From positions 3,844,001 to 3,908,000 of the forward strand of contig OX337232.1 in assembly GCA_946965045.2 (NCBI GenBank): a stretch of 64,000 nt of DNA, read 5' to 3'. The notes under the pieces are model-generated. The model was not told the origin of the DNA. It searched no databases and saw only the letters and a program-made list of their open reading frames with translations. A program made the translations under genes and the position numbers. Source of the DNA: Epithemia pelagica (taxonomy: Eukaryota; Protista; Bacillariophyta). Below, in pieces: positions 1 through 11,549 of the stretch (positions within the stretch are counted from its first letter, which is position 1; every line of letters starts with the position of its first letter).

Positions 1-10
1 TCAGTCTTCC

Positions 11-355
11 ATGCACGTCTTCTTGTGCCAACGCTTACTTACACCTAAGTGGTTTAAACAATTGCACAAGGCTTGCGACCTTGTGCTGGAAATTCCAGCG
101 GGAACTTCGTTTTGGCCTGAAGGAAACTTTGAACCTCTAATCGTTGGTCTTGTTTTTCCGTTTATCAGGTCACAGCCATGGCAACTCCGAGGAACACCGA
201 AGATGTTCTCAATGGATTGGAAATTGCGCAAAATGTGGAAAGAAGATCCCGTGGGTGGACGGGATCTTCTGCGCAAATTTTGCGTACAGTGTTGGAAAAT
301 GCGCTCCATGTCGGAGCGCATGGTGTCCAGAGTGTTATTCTTTGAGCGACGATGA
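11..355 (+). CDS. C-terminal end of the pol ORF of a YR retrotransposon; ORF begins outside the window
   Basis: Open from the window edge (…QRLLTPKWFKQLHKACDLVLEIP…W….EPLIVGLVFPF…PWQLRG), overlaps the YR ORF in another frame, as pol does in DIRS-like elements. RT motifs are not in the window. Confidence 0.55.
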   Translation: MHVFLCQRLLTPKWFKQLHKACDLVLEIPAGTSFWPEGNFEPLIVGLVFPFIRSQPWQLRGTPKMFSMDWKLRKMWKEDPVGGRDLLRKFCVQCWKMRSMSERMVSRVLFFERR

Positions 356-1739
356 CCGGTTCTACGTCGCGTCGCGAAATACCATGGTAGAAGAATCGGA
401 TCAAGACCGTCTGGTGGCTGAGACTTGGAGGAGTCGCACCAGAGACCGTCGGGAGGATTTCAATCAAGCACGAGCCGGCGATCACATGGTCACGCCGTTC
501 GAATGCGATTTGTGCGTGTTCCGGAAACTGCGACAAGAGGAGCCGGACCCGCAAAACCTAAAAGACCAGTACCTTCTCACTTGCATAAGACGAATGAACT
601 TGGACGCCTTTTGGAGCAGGGCCACGAGTACGGTCATGCAGAACACGAGGAATGCAAAAACGATGATAGAAAAATCCAAGAAAGTTGGGATTCCATTCGG
701 ACCCTTCAGAAGCCCTGGTCCGTTCCCTAATTACGACCATTGTGGCTATCATGTGGCTTTCTTAATGCTGGATGCGTCGTTGGATCAAGGAAAGTATCAT
801 CGAGACAGAAAGCAGTTTGATACGATACGAAAATTTCGCTCTACCTATTCAAATCATGTGAGAGCAACGGCTTCTACGTTGGTAAACGGCCATCCGTTGG
901 TGCTTACAGACAACAATGGAAAGGCCTTTTCCCGAATGGGTCAGGATGAGAGCGGTTCGTTATGGTTCTCCAGATTTGTGGAAGGATGTCGACGTCGAAT
1001 GGGCCAAGATTGGCGACCTGATCAGGCTGTGACCAGTGAGCTAATGCTAGCCTTGTTGGGCTCAATCGAAGAGGAGATTGTGGAGAACCGAGAAGAACAC
1101 GACGCGTTCTTCCTTGTTCTTGCTGGCACCTTCTTCGCTACGTCGTACGTTTTGTCGTTACGAGGCCCGGAAGGTTTGCTGCTGGACTTGAATGCGCTTG
1201 TAAAGTACATGGATCTTTACAGGCAACGAAACTGTATTGTGGTTGGGTTGTGGGGGCAGTTCAAAGGAGAGCATATGGAACGCTCACACCTTTTGCCATG
1301 TTGCGACGAGACCAGCAGTGGAATAAAGATAAGACGATGGATAAATCGGGCAGTTTGCCTGTCCCAGGAGATGGGACGATGGTCGGGACCATTGATGCTC
1401 AATCGCAATGGGACCCCCATCACATCAAGAGCTTTGGACGACACTCTTCATCGTCACTTGATAAAAATCTTCGTTGAGCGGAGGGACCTTTTCCCGCTTG
1501 CTGCCATCAAAGACGAAGAGGACATTATATCAAGATACCCAGTCTTTCGATCCTTCCGGAGAGGATCAAATACGAGAGCCAAAGAAATTGGCGTTGCCAC
1601 TCCAGACGTTGATACAGTCAACCGCTGGAGAACGAAAGAAAATGCGGGCACAAACAAGCCAGGAGCCAGGATAGACCACATGTACGCCGATCTAAACTTG
1701 CTTGTGGGTCCGTTCTTGAGGTACACTTGGTCCATGTGA
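144..1739 (+). CDS. Tyrosine recombinase of DIRS/Ngaro-like retrotransposon
   Basis: Catalytic-type motifs LSLRGPEG (R), FRSFRRG (HxxR box with R for H), NRWR (W) and HMY (Y). N-terminal Cys clusters. First in-frame ATG is at 384. Confidence 0.85.
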   Translation: MVLFFRLSGHSHGNSEEHRRCSQWIGNCAKCGKKIPWVDGIFCANFAYSVGKCAPCRSAWCPECYSLSDDDRFYVASRNTMVEESDQDRLVAETWRSRTRDRREDFNQARAGDHMVTPFECDLCVFRKLRQEEPDPQNLKDQYLLTCIRRMNLDAFWSRATSTVMQNTRNAKTMIEKSKKVGIPFGPFRSPGPFPNYDHCGYHVAFLMLDASLDQGKYHRDRKQFDTIRKFRSTYSNHVRATASTLVNGHPLVLTDNNGKAFSRMGQDESGSLWFSRFVEGCRRRMGQDWRPDQAVTSELMLALLGSIEEEIVENREEHDAFFLVLAGTFFATSYVLSLRGPEGLLLDLNALVKYMDLYRQRNCIVVGLWGQFKGEHMERSHLLPCCDETSSGIKIRRWINRAVCLSQEMGRWSGPLMLNRNGTPITSRALDDTLHRHLIKIFVERRDLFPLAAIKDEEDIISRYPVFRSFRRGSNTRAKEIGVATPDVDTVNRWRTKENAGTNKPGARIDHMYADLNLLVGPFLRYTWSM

Positions 1740-1766
1740 TTGTCCAGTCGAGATTCTCGGTGGAGG

Positions 1767-2193
1767 GGGTTTTGGTTCCTACAAGTTGAGAGAAAGCCGA
1801 CATGGCAAGGCGTTTTCTCTTCTTGATTGTTGGTTTATGGGTTTGTTCCGTCACAGTCTGCTGTCCCTTGCCCCCTTTGCGATTGCATGGTGCTACCTGA
1901 TTGCGTTGGGGGAATCCAGGGGAACAAACAGGAGTCTCGACATGGTTCATCTACCCGTGGCTGATAAATTGGTACTCTTAGCTGGTTACGAAACACCGGC
2001 TTTGGCCCTGAGTGGAGAAGGTGTCGCCTTCCCCCCACAACACGATCTAATCATATGACTATGATCGCGAGAATCTAATTTGTTTAAGTTATTGAGTTGT
2101 TTCATCTGTTTGTTCGCCTTGTATCTTTGGCTGCGAGGGATCTCTTGCTTGGATGGCTACGAGGAAGGGCCCAAGGTCGGCGTGCGAGTGCCC
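1767..2193 (+). repeat. Split direct repeat B1
   Basis: Identical to 2732-3158 except ggtacTctta versus ggtacCctta. Confidence 0.95.
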
Positions 2194-2731
2194 TCAATGT
2201 ACATCAAAGTTTAAGCGGGATCAAGAAGTGGGATTGGACCACGTCACGGAGCCTGCGCATTGATTGTGAGCGAAGAGAGAGAGCCGGGCGAGATCCAGAG
2301 AACATCGCCGGCACACCGAACAGGAAATAGATGAGGCAGAACAGGCGTGCAATTCGGAAGTCGAATTTGAGAAAGTATGTGTATCACATCTACTGCGACA
2401 AAACACTTCCTGTTCAATCTCTGAAGTGCCATCATACAAGAACCAAGGACTCGGCCTTTCAAGAGACTTGGCTTATATGGAAACAGACAACAATGCGCCA
2501 AAATGAGGTCCCTAGTGGAGCGCAAGCATCGACCAGATCCACTAAGCCAAAGACGCAACAAACAAGACAAGAGGGAGAAGGAGCTCTCACTCTTTGGATT
2601 TCCTACGGTTCGACGGCGAAGGCTTGATCACCTTTGGCGTTGTTCTGAGTTCTCTGAAGAGCTGAATCTCCAACTTTCACAGGCACCAGCTAAGTGCCTA
2701 GTATTTTCTTTTTTCCCTCCCTTCCCGCCCT

Positions 2732-3158
2732 GGGTTTTGGTTCCTACAAGTTGAGAGAAAGCCGACATGGCAAGGCGTTTTCTCTTCTTGATTGTTGGTT
2801 TATGGGTTTGTTCCGTCACAGTCTGCTGTCCCTTGCCCCCTTTGCGATTGCATGGTGCTACCTGATTGCGTTGGGGGAATCCAGGGGAACAAACAGGAGT
2901 CTCGACATGGTTCATCTACCCGTGGCTGATAAATTGGTACCCTTAGCTGGTTACGAAACACCGGCTTTGGCCCTGAGTGGAGAAGGTGTCGCCTTCCCCC
3001 CACAACACGATCTAATCATATGACTATGATCGCGAGAATCTAATTTGTTTAAGTTATTGAGTTGTTTCATCTGTTTGTTCGCCTTGTATCTTTGGCTGCG
3101 AGGGATCTCTTGCTTGGATGGCTACGAGGAAGGGCCCAAGGTCGGCGTGCGAGTGCCC
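2732..3158 (+). repeat. Split direct repeat B2
   Basis: Second copy of B1; ends at gagtgccc. Confidence 0.95.
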
Positions 3159-3735
3159 CATGTTCGGCTAAGTAGGCTCAGTACAAAAGCTACGTAGAGT
3201 ACATAAAATCAGATAGTACACGTCACGCCGGAAATGGTCGGAATTTCAAAAAAATGCAAAAACGCTCGACAATGATGGCGAGATCCGGTGACGCCGTATG
3301 CATTCACCCATGCATCGCATAAACATCCAACCACCGTAAGTCCTTTGCCTTTACCTTTTAAATTGTTGTCTGAAATAACAGAAGATTTGCCAAGTTGGCT
3401 GAAAAGGTACGCTCATTTTTCTGCTGCGATGAAATCGAACGACCGCCCTAACTCATTCATTTTTCAAGGGTGCCTGAATCAAAGTGAAAGCGAAGTTGCT
3501 CTAGTAGTAAAGATTCTTATTGTAAAAGTGATTCAGGCAGGCTCAATTGTTCAGGAAGTTATTGCCATGGGGGTGATGACTTCCATCATTGTCGAGCGAT
3601 GGCTTCCAATTTGCATTGTTTCTCGTGGCAGCACGTTTTCAATTTGCGACTCGATGTGACCATCCGCCCCACTTCGTACACAGACGAAAATAGTACTACG
3701 TAGCTTTTGTACTGAGCCTACTTAGCCGAAGATGG
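3158..3735. mobile_element. Non-autonomous TIR element (MITE), ~578 bp
   Basis: ~40-bp TIRs: ccatgttcggctaagtaggctcagtacaaaagctacgtag at 3158 and its reverse complement ending 3735, one mismatch. No transposase ORF. No target-site duplication (TSD) visible. Confidence 0.85.
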
Positions 3736-4871
3736 ATCGGCTTACCCAGCCCTTAATATCATGGCGAATGTCCAAGCGTTGCCACAAGTAGGGTTTGCTT
3801 GTCATGGGATTGCGAGGCGTGCGCGTCGGAATCGTGGTAGAATGGGTGGATGACGATGAAAATGACAGGGATGCCAAGGGTTGATAATTGCGATACGTGT
3901 TTTGGAGTCGTTCTTGTTGTTGTTGTTGTTGTTGTTGTTGTATGGACAAGGGTGGTGGCGAGGGCATGGATGGACGATCCAGATGTTTTGGAGAAAACAC
4001 GGACCGACGAGGATCCTCCTCCTGGGACAACTCCCCCGTTGCGTTCCAGTCATTGTCGGTATCATCCTCATGGTCGGAAGTGGGTTGAATGAGGTTTTCT
4101 TGTTCCAACAAGGGTAACAAGAATTCGGGTTGCGGCAGGGACCAGACACAATAATACCCATTGGGTTTCTAGACGCAATGGACGGCTCGAAAAATATCTT
4201 GGACCTGTTTCGATCGTCCATCGTGTGATTGGCATAGGTACGAGACAAGGGATCCATCAATCCCTTGTCGAGTACAGCGTGAATGGAATTGTCTTGCGAA
4301 ATACTCCACAGTTGCACAATGTGCGGACTGCAATCGACTTGAATCACCGTTCGTCGTTGTCGTCCTTATCCAAGAGGGGGTTCGTGCGCGGCCGATTCCG
4401 TACCCAATCAGGAAATCCCACAACCCAAAATGACAATAGGAGCCTTCTTTTCTGGGCAAAATCTTTGGTGTCATTGTCGTCCTCCGTATTATACTCATCA
4501 TTATTGTCATCATCATCATTCTCGGTCAATCCCATGGTTTCCGCCAAGGTTGTAGAATGCACCGGTCGATGAGCATGCGACGAATCCAAGGTGGTGGATA
4601 CTGGCTGGTTATGGTCGTGATTCTTGTTTGGATCGTAATAGACTGCCGAAACAGAGGGCAAATGCTGCTGATGCTGCGACGCTACGAGCAACGAGGTGGA
4701 TACGGAAAGCGTCTTGTACTGATATTCCTGACGCATCGACCCATTCTTGCGGTCCAACTTGATCTGGTTGCTGCAACTTGGATCGATAGGAGAATCCCAA
4801 TACCGAGAGGTGCCGTAGGGGGCGCCGGCAAGAAAAGTTTCAAATTGGCTAACGACCAACGCTTTATGCAA
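3736..4871 (-). pseudogene. Frameshifted gene of unknown function truncated by the MITE
   Basis: Protein-like sequence is spread over three frames (4871-4344, 4347-~4140, ~4140-3722). The last frame reads into the MITE TIR and stops there (…GWVSRSIFG*). Confidence 0.4.
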
Positions 4872-4934
4872 ATAGTAGAAATGGCGAGGTGATATGCTCT
4901 GTTCTTCTTCTTATATACTACAATAGGAGAGTAT

Positions 4935-7244
4935 TTAGATATCACTTTCTCGCAAGGCGTCCTCGAAGCCCTTCGCTATCTCTTGCAAGAACTTTGACGA
5001 TGGCATCTTTTTCGTTGTCTTGCTTCGTAGCAACCGTCCGAACCTGTTCCCACTTCCCAATGCAACCTCTGAATGAGATGCCATTACCTCCGACTTTTCC
5101 CCTCCTCCACAAGTGGAACATACAGCAAGCTTGGTCGCTCCAAAACGGTCATCGGCTGGCACTTCGATTATCAATGTCGAAATTGCATTGTGCGAAAAAT
5201 TCATATCAGGTAAGGTGTTTTGCAATGGATCCTCAAGGCCAATCAGTAAGAGAATACACAACCCAGTTTTGATGCCAGCGCCCTTAAACACCTCTTTCAT
5301 GGCGCTGACTGCACTCTGGCGTTGCCCGGGAGTGTACGACAGTCGATTCTTGACACTCACTAGCATGGGACAGTAGTGATCATCAGTATTGTGTTGGTAT
5401 CGCACAGGTATCACCAGGTCGTAAGCCGGGCAAGAGGCATACGCATAGGATGCCCTTGCACCTCGATACCAGTGCTCCAATAGGCCACTCTCCTGCAGTT
5501 CTTTCAGGCTGTAACGCAAATAATTACGACACACTTGGATAAAATTGACGCTTGCTTCTCCAGTGCTATCAACGCTAGATGAATCATCATCGTTGCCTTG
5601 TAGTCTTTTGATAAATTTCTCAAGTGGAACAGAGAGATGCAAGAGATTTTGTGATTTTTCCCAGCGCAACTCGTCTCCACAAGCCAGCATGTAAAAGGCA
5701 GCAGCGACTTCACCAACATCTCCCTTTTCAGCACGACACAATGCAGACGTATACATCTTGATGGCAAATTCGGACCAGAAAGAAGGAGGTTGAGAAAAGC
5801 CGCCAAAGGACATGCACTTCTCAATCATTTGGGACATGGCAAGCCATGCGCATACCGGATCCGGCAGGTACGCAATATCTGCGACTGTTGGTTGTTCCGG
5901 GTCAATATGAGTGAGATGGGCATACCCCGAAGCCACTTGTTTTGACGCAAGATCAAATGAAACTTGGCCCATTTGCAGACGCGTTGCCAAAATTGAAAAA
6001 CAAGAGCTCACGTTCTCCAACTCAATCTTGTAGCTCCCACCTTTCATCCTAAGTAAAATTGCGTTCAACGCATCTTTCAGATCACCCTTTAGATGCATCC
6101 GAGCGAACAACGGGCGCCCATATTGGACTGCAACATCAAACTCTGTAGAAGATTTTTTATCGAATTCGGAACCATTGGTTATTGAAACAAGTCCATTCGT
6201 TGTGATTTCGAAAAATGGAGCATACAATCTTTGGCCCGAGTTGTATGTTGCTCTTGCATCTCTTGAGTAGTATGAATTCTGCGGTGGTTCCGTAAAGTAG
6301 TTTGCCAAACTCGTGCTTGTCCCCGCAAATACGCCAACAATGTTATGTTCATTTCGTTCTTTTCGAAGCCACCATCGTATGCTTCGAAAATAAAACCCAT
6401 CACCATTGTTGATGAGGTGTTGGGACTCGTCAAATAGCAGTACGACCTTTTTCGTTCTTGCCTTCTTCACAAAACCATCCAACTTCTTCCACAGCGTTTC
6501 TTGGTCATCTTTGGTTGTTCCAATTGATTTGACGTCCAGCGTCTGGGAGAAAATGTCACTGCCCCATGAATTTGCACCTTGGCCATAATGGCACAGAATA
6601 AGTTCGCAGTGAACGTCGCTTTGATTGTCACTGTTAAACATCTTCTTGCATTCGTGAAGTAATTTGGTCTTGCCAGTTCCACTCGATTGGATGAGCGGAA
6701 AATACGGAGCCATGTACTCGTCTTTTGCGGAGTCTTTCCATTTGAAAAGTTCTTCCACTCGAGCATTGAATGCATTGAAGTCTCGTTTGTAAAACATAGC
6801 GTTGTTTTTGATGTCAAAGTCGATCAAGGCCACTCTCTGGGATTCATTGGGGGAAGAATCCATAGGAATTACTTTTCCTGTTCTCAAAAAATGTGCCAAG
6901 TCAATCTTCAAATCGTCTTGAAAAGCTGCAGAGACTTTAATTCTTTTTCTCAAGAATTTGATCAAAAGACTTCGAACAAAGTCTTTTTCTTCTTGTGACG
7001 TTTCTGTCTTGAACCAATCGTCCTCCAAGTAGTCACCAAGTGTTTTGCTGTCCTCCGGTGGATTCGGAAAGCTAGCTTTCAAGATTTGGCGAGTCTTCCT
7101 TATGGTCACTTTTCGGTTCTTTTTAGCTGGGCGGGTTCCGTCATTGTCCCCTCCAACCTCTCCCCCCTCGTTGTTGGTAGAGCCTCCATTACTCCTTATT
7201 GCGAAAAGAGTTCTATTGTTGTTGTTGCGTTGAGTTGTAGACAC
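4935..7244 (-). CDS. Crinkler/CR-effector-like P-loop NTPase plus C-terminal restriction-endonuclease-fold protein (769 aa, intronless)
   Basis: Walker A YFPLIQSSGTGKT, Walker B VLLFDES, YGRPLF. C-terminal KGDVGEV…AYDLVIP…LVSVKN resembles a PD-(D/E)xK fold. Confidence 0.7.
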   Translation of the reverse strand: MSTTQRNNNNRTLFAIRSNGGSTNNEGGEVGGDNDGTRPAKKNRKVTIRKTRQILKASFPNPPEDSKTLGDYLEDDWFKTETSQEEKDFVRSLLIKFLRKRIKVSAAFQDDLKIDLAHFLRTGKVIPMDSSPNESQRVALIDFDIKNNAMFYKRDFNAFNARVEELFKWKDSAKDEYMAPYFPLIQSSGTGKTKLLHECKKMFNSDNQSDVHCELILCHYGQGANSWGSDIFSQTLDVKSIGTTKDDQETLWKKLDGFVKKARTKKVVLLFDESQHLINNGDGFYFRSIRWWLRKERNEHNIVGVFAGTSTSLANYFTEPPQNSYYSRDARATYNSGQRLYAPFFEITTNGLVSITNGSEFDKKSSTEFDVAVQYGRPLFARMHLKGDLKDALNAILLRMKGGSYKIELENVSSCFSILATRLQMGQVSFDLASKQVASGYAHLTHIDPEQPTVADIAYLPDPVCAWLAMSQMIEKCMSFGGFSQPPSFWSEFAIKMYTSALCRAEKGDVGEVAAAFYMLACGDELRWEKSQNLLHLSVPLEKFIKRLQGNDDDSSSVDSTGEASVNFIQVCRNYLRYSLKELQESGLLEHWYRGARASYAYASCPAYDLVIPVRYQHNTDDHYCPMLVSVKNRLSYTPGQRQSAVSAMKEVFKGAGIKTGLCILLLIGLEDPLQNTLPDMNFSHNAISTLIIEVPADDRFGATKLAVCSTCGGGEKSEVMASHSEVALGSGNRFGRLLRSKTTKKMPSSKFLQEIAKGFEDALRESDI

Positions 7245-8281
7245 AATATAGCAACAAATAAGTTTGTTGTAGCAGAGTTGGATTCGTTGATACAGTGCAG
7301 TAGACGATCGAGAATGATCGAATCATTCGAGTGATAGTATAGTGTAAAGTTTGTAATAAGTCATGCCAGAACAAGAAACCATGCCAAGCCACAGAAACAT
7401 TAGTCCAAGGAAGAAACATGGTGGAAAAGGATACAAGAGGGACAAACCACTTGTCACCACTCAACAAAACGACGACACCAAATCTTTGGTACAACCAACT
7501 AATACTTACTTTTGTCCTTCCACAAAGGATTGTAGATTGGATCCAGGAAGGCAAAATGCCTCAGCAACATGATTCTGATACGCATACGCCAAAATCCACA
7601 GACCAAGCATCCACGACACAAGTCGTCCACACCGGGAGAAGGAAGAAAACAAAAAGACCATGGTCGATGTCACGGTTTTTGCTTTCGGGTCATATTTTGG
7701 AAGGGGCACAAAACGACCAAAACCGTTTGGGTGGGCCGGGCGATGGTTTGGTCGTGCAGAAGCACAGGTAAGGTAAGGTACTCAGATTTTTAGCGTAGTT
7801 TCTAAAGAAGTTTAGGTGAAGCTTAGGTTTTGAAGTTTAGGTAGTTTAGGTAGCTCTGAAAAATGGCTCCTTCCCTCAACTACACGGAAGATCACTGGAC
7901 GTTGACACCAACATTCACAGAGAGGGACCCAATATATAGGCTAAATATTTAAAGGGCCACCCAAAACTTCGGTAGGGCAAAAGCAGCGACATGAAACTTT
8001 GGATAAACTTAGGTACCGAAGTTTAGGACAAGAAACTTCGACGATGAAACTTGAAACCTATAGCCTTATGCCTTTCCCTTTCCGTTTTCATATAAAAATG
8101 ACTCTATGTACTCCTACTCACTATAGTGGGGATTCGCTTGCAACATTTTCTACTGTGTGTGTATTCAAGACGTTCGAACGATACCCGTGTTGTTGCATGT
8201 TTCCAAAAGGTCGATCATCCTGATACTGTTACTATTCTCATATGTCTTTATGTTACTGTCTATGTGAAATAATGTTGCGCA

Positions 8282-9592
8282 ATGGATTCCACCACAAACA
8301 GAACTGGCATTCCTGTCTTCCTTGTCCAATAAGAAGGAGGGGGAGGATGGAGTCGATCCAAGTCTTGTCAACTCCTCTCGTAGCAGCAACGTCCCATTGT
8401 CGTCGACAAGGACGGGTCCTACGTTGGGAACAATCGACTCTACCACTATCAACTCAAGCATGTCCACACGCCATGTCGAATATCCTTTTGTGCCAACAAG
8501 CCAAACGCCGTCCATCGCATCGCCGCCACCAAGAAACCCTTCCTCATCATCATGGTCCTTTGCTACGTCACCTTCTCCAATGGTAAAAGCAGACACCATT
8601 CACGGTGTTCCCAAAATCCTTTGGGCTGTATTGGGATCAAGGGTTGGACCATTTGAAACAACTTGGTGGCCCCCATTCCGAACCCAACAAATATCAGGCC
8701 GACTATGCATGCGTCAAGGCATGGCAAATCTTGCATCCCACGTGGGAGATTCGCATTCTCAATCAAACACAAGCCAAGCAACTCGCTCCCAAAGTTTGCC
8801 CATTTGGCCAGCTTTTTACGAATCAATGACCGTGGCAGTACCGAAACCACACGAATCTGCCCCGTCAAACTGGGAAACCTTCTTCGCACCGAACTCATGG
8901 CCTTGTACGGTGGAGTCTATGCGGATACCTCCATTTGTCCCATGCGGCCCCTGGAAGACTACCTCGGGAAACTGGTTGGTCCCCCGGAGAAGGGGAGTGG
9001 CTTTTTTGTTCCGCCGCTCTTTCGTCTTGCGGGTGCCATGAATCATTCGCAACTCCAACAATATAAAATGTGTCATATTCGAGGCAAGGCGGAAAAAGCC
9101 AACCAACAAATGGCATTTTCCGCACGAATGGTGGACAACTTTTTCATGGTTGCTCGACTCGGAACTCTCATTATGCAACGTTGGATGCAAGCCTATTACC
9201 AGCACCTCCTGCAGGTGCTGGTCCATACTACTCCATCAGACCAGCAGCAGTTGAATTTGTGTGTCGATGTAATGCCGTATTTTATTCACCAATGTACCTT
9301 TACACGTCAAGTGTTGCAGGACGCCGAGTTTTAACAGGCCTGGTCCGTCTTTCAACGACAGGCACGGGCCCACCATGGATATTGGGGAGCCCAAAAGAAG
9401 AATGGCGGAATTTGTTATGGTATCTCCAATGGAACGCTTTCCACAGATGTGAACCACGTCGTGACCAAGTGTGTTTGGCTCAAGAAGCAAAAAGGCCGTT
9501 TGAAAGACTATGTACGATCGCCCGCTTATCACAACGACATGGCAGCCATACGAGCCAAAGAGGACAAGACTCAAAAATCTTATACTACATAG
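8282..9592 (+). pseudogene. GT32 / capsular-polysaccharide-synthesis-type glycosyltransferase, disrupted
   Basis: Reconstructed VPKILW|LYWDQG…KAWQILHPTWEIRIL…LRTELMALYGGVYAD. Needs two +1 corrections (ggg 8623-8625, aaa 8791-8793) and has an in-frame TAA at 9332-9334; the frame continues to TAG 9590-9592. Start uncertain. Confidence 0.75.
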
Positions 9593-10551
9593 ACCACGGA
9601 TTGAAACAATGAGGAGCAGGGGCAATGCATGGCAAAAGAGATCCGCACCACCACACACAAACAAGAATGACGTTACTAGTACTGTTCCAGGGAAAGAGAT
9701 GGACTGTCCAACGGTTGACAATCGAGAAGTATACTTGGGAATGCCGACCAACGCAATATACTGCCACCATTCTCTTGTTGTAGTTGGTTCTCCTCCTTCT
9801 TCGGTTCGCACGCACGACAAAGACCAGCAACTCTGCCCGCACGTGCTTTCATGCCCTCACCATGCGTTTGTTGAGCTATCCCAAGTAGTAGAAGAAGAAG
9901 GAGTCTGCCCATTCTACGAGATACACCGAGCTACACATACATACACACTACAAGAGAGAATGAGATGTACTGCTACAACGATACAAGGTGGCGGCTCAAA
10001 TGTACGTACTTGTTGTGACACAGACTCGTTCCAATTCCACCTGTCGTCGTGTATAATAATAGAGCCCCAAGTTTTTGTGGCCCTTTTGCTTTCTGGGAGA
10101 CTGTCCGACCAACCCCATTGGTTTGGCATCCCGACCATTGGTTTGTGGTTGTGGTTCCCACGGCGGCTCTGTCGCCAGAGCGCAGCACCCAAAATAAGAG
10201 TGTGTGGCGGGACAAGCTTCTTTGGTGTCCCGCGAGGTTGCCGAAACTTTTGGACGAAGCAACCATGGCTGAACAAACGAGATGCTGTCGTATAGACTGC
10301 TACATCTGAAGGTACTTTGCCGATACCACAGTCATGTCCGTTGCTCACTCCACATACTGCCCCTACGAACTAGATTCGGAAGAGACGTTTGTGGAATGGT
10401 GCAAATCGACGAATGTTTGTGTGCGTGTGTGAGATGACTGGTTTTGCCATCCGAATCGAATCCACGGCGGGAGTTGGTGTTTCTTGGTGTACCCGTCTCT
10501 CTTTGGAATGGACCACCAGAACTTTGGAACGCCGAGTTATTGATTCCTCTG

Positions 10552-10690
10552 TATGTGGCCTTCTGCGTGCGTACATCCAGACAAAACATCATCATACCGC
10601 ATCAGTTTGAAGAGCAAGAACGGACCACGAGAGGCGAGGACTACCCGACAACAACAACTGGCAACCGATGATCCATCACGACAAGACAAG
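10552..10690 (+). repeat. Dispersed repeat, direct homologue of 24009-24118
   Basis: Shared atgtggcctt..gcgtgcg.acat and acccgac.acaacaactggcaaccgatgatccatcacgacaag. Confidence 0.7.
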
Positions 10691-11549
10691 CCAAACATGC
10701 GCGCAAGAGAAACAATGTACATACCCACCAGCCAGAGCCCTCAAGCTTGGTCATCGACTGGCAGTTCGATCGAAACAACCACGCTTCAATCCTTCAACAG
10801 GAAGCAAACGAAATGGTTGCGAACGATGTTGGACTGGTGGGGAAGGAGTCAAGTCTGAACCCTGGTCCATTACGAGAAGACAGGAAGTGATAGAGATACT
10901 CTGTTTGTCGTACAAGATGCAAGAGAAACACCCTCATGAAGAAGCACAAGGTAGATTGCAGACGACACGATACTTTCATGCTAGGGTCGCAAGCCAATTT
11001 TCCTCCAGAAATGATCCAAAACTTGTTTGGTACTAGATATGGTTGGTGGTTCAGGTGATCTTGTCGTTGTCTAAACTTCGGAAAAGATGCACCTCTGGCG
11101 CGCATGTTTCCATTTACTGTGGCCGTCACGAAAAACTGGGTGCGGAAATGAGATGATTGATTTTCCAGCAATGATATCATTGCCTGGCTACTGTACTTTG
11201 GCGGGGACCTTCATTTCTGTGGTTGAAGTTCACGTACTAGATGAAGTCAAATAGGGAGGTTCGCCAGTGCGGGACCATATGCTTAGAAAAGGCCAAAGCA
11301 TGTCATTCGAACTGGTGCTCAGAGGTCATGGCACCGTCATCGACGGGAAACTGGACAAGGGTGGCCCTGGTTGGTTTTTACTGCTTATGTGTCTTTCCTT
11401 GTCGTTGCTAGGAGCATAGTCTCTGTCTTGTCCAAGACGCATAGCTCATGCGCGCTTATTGCACACAACGTTAACGGCTCGCGGATACGCGTGCGCAGTG
11501 CTTTAGGTCCCGAGAGCGTTCTGAGTCACGAGCAAACGGCATCCTCTAT

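Larger units (their letters stand above)
1..3158 (+). mobile_element. 3' part of YR retrotransposon with split direct repeats (…YR-B1-A2-B2)
   Basis: 427-bp repeat at 1767-2193 and 2732-3158 (one mismatch) separated by a 538-bp unique block, directly after the YR stop. This is the Ngaro/PAT terminal layout. Confidence 0.85.

Noticed and set aside
7805-8030. Interstitial telomeric repeats
   Set aside because: The motifs are TTAGGT/TTAGGA, dispersed, and not tandem TTAGGG.
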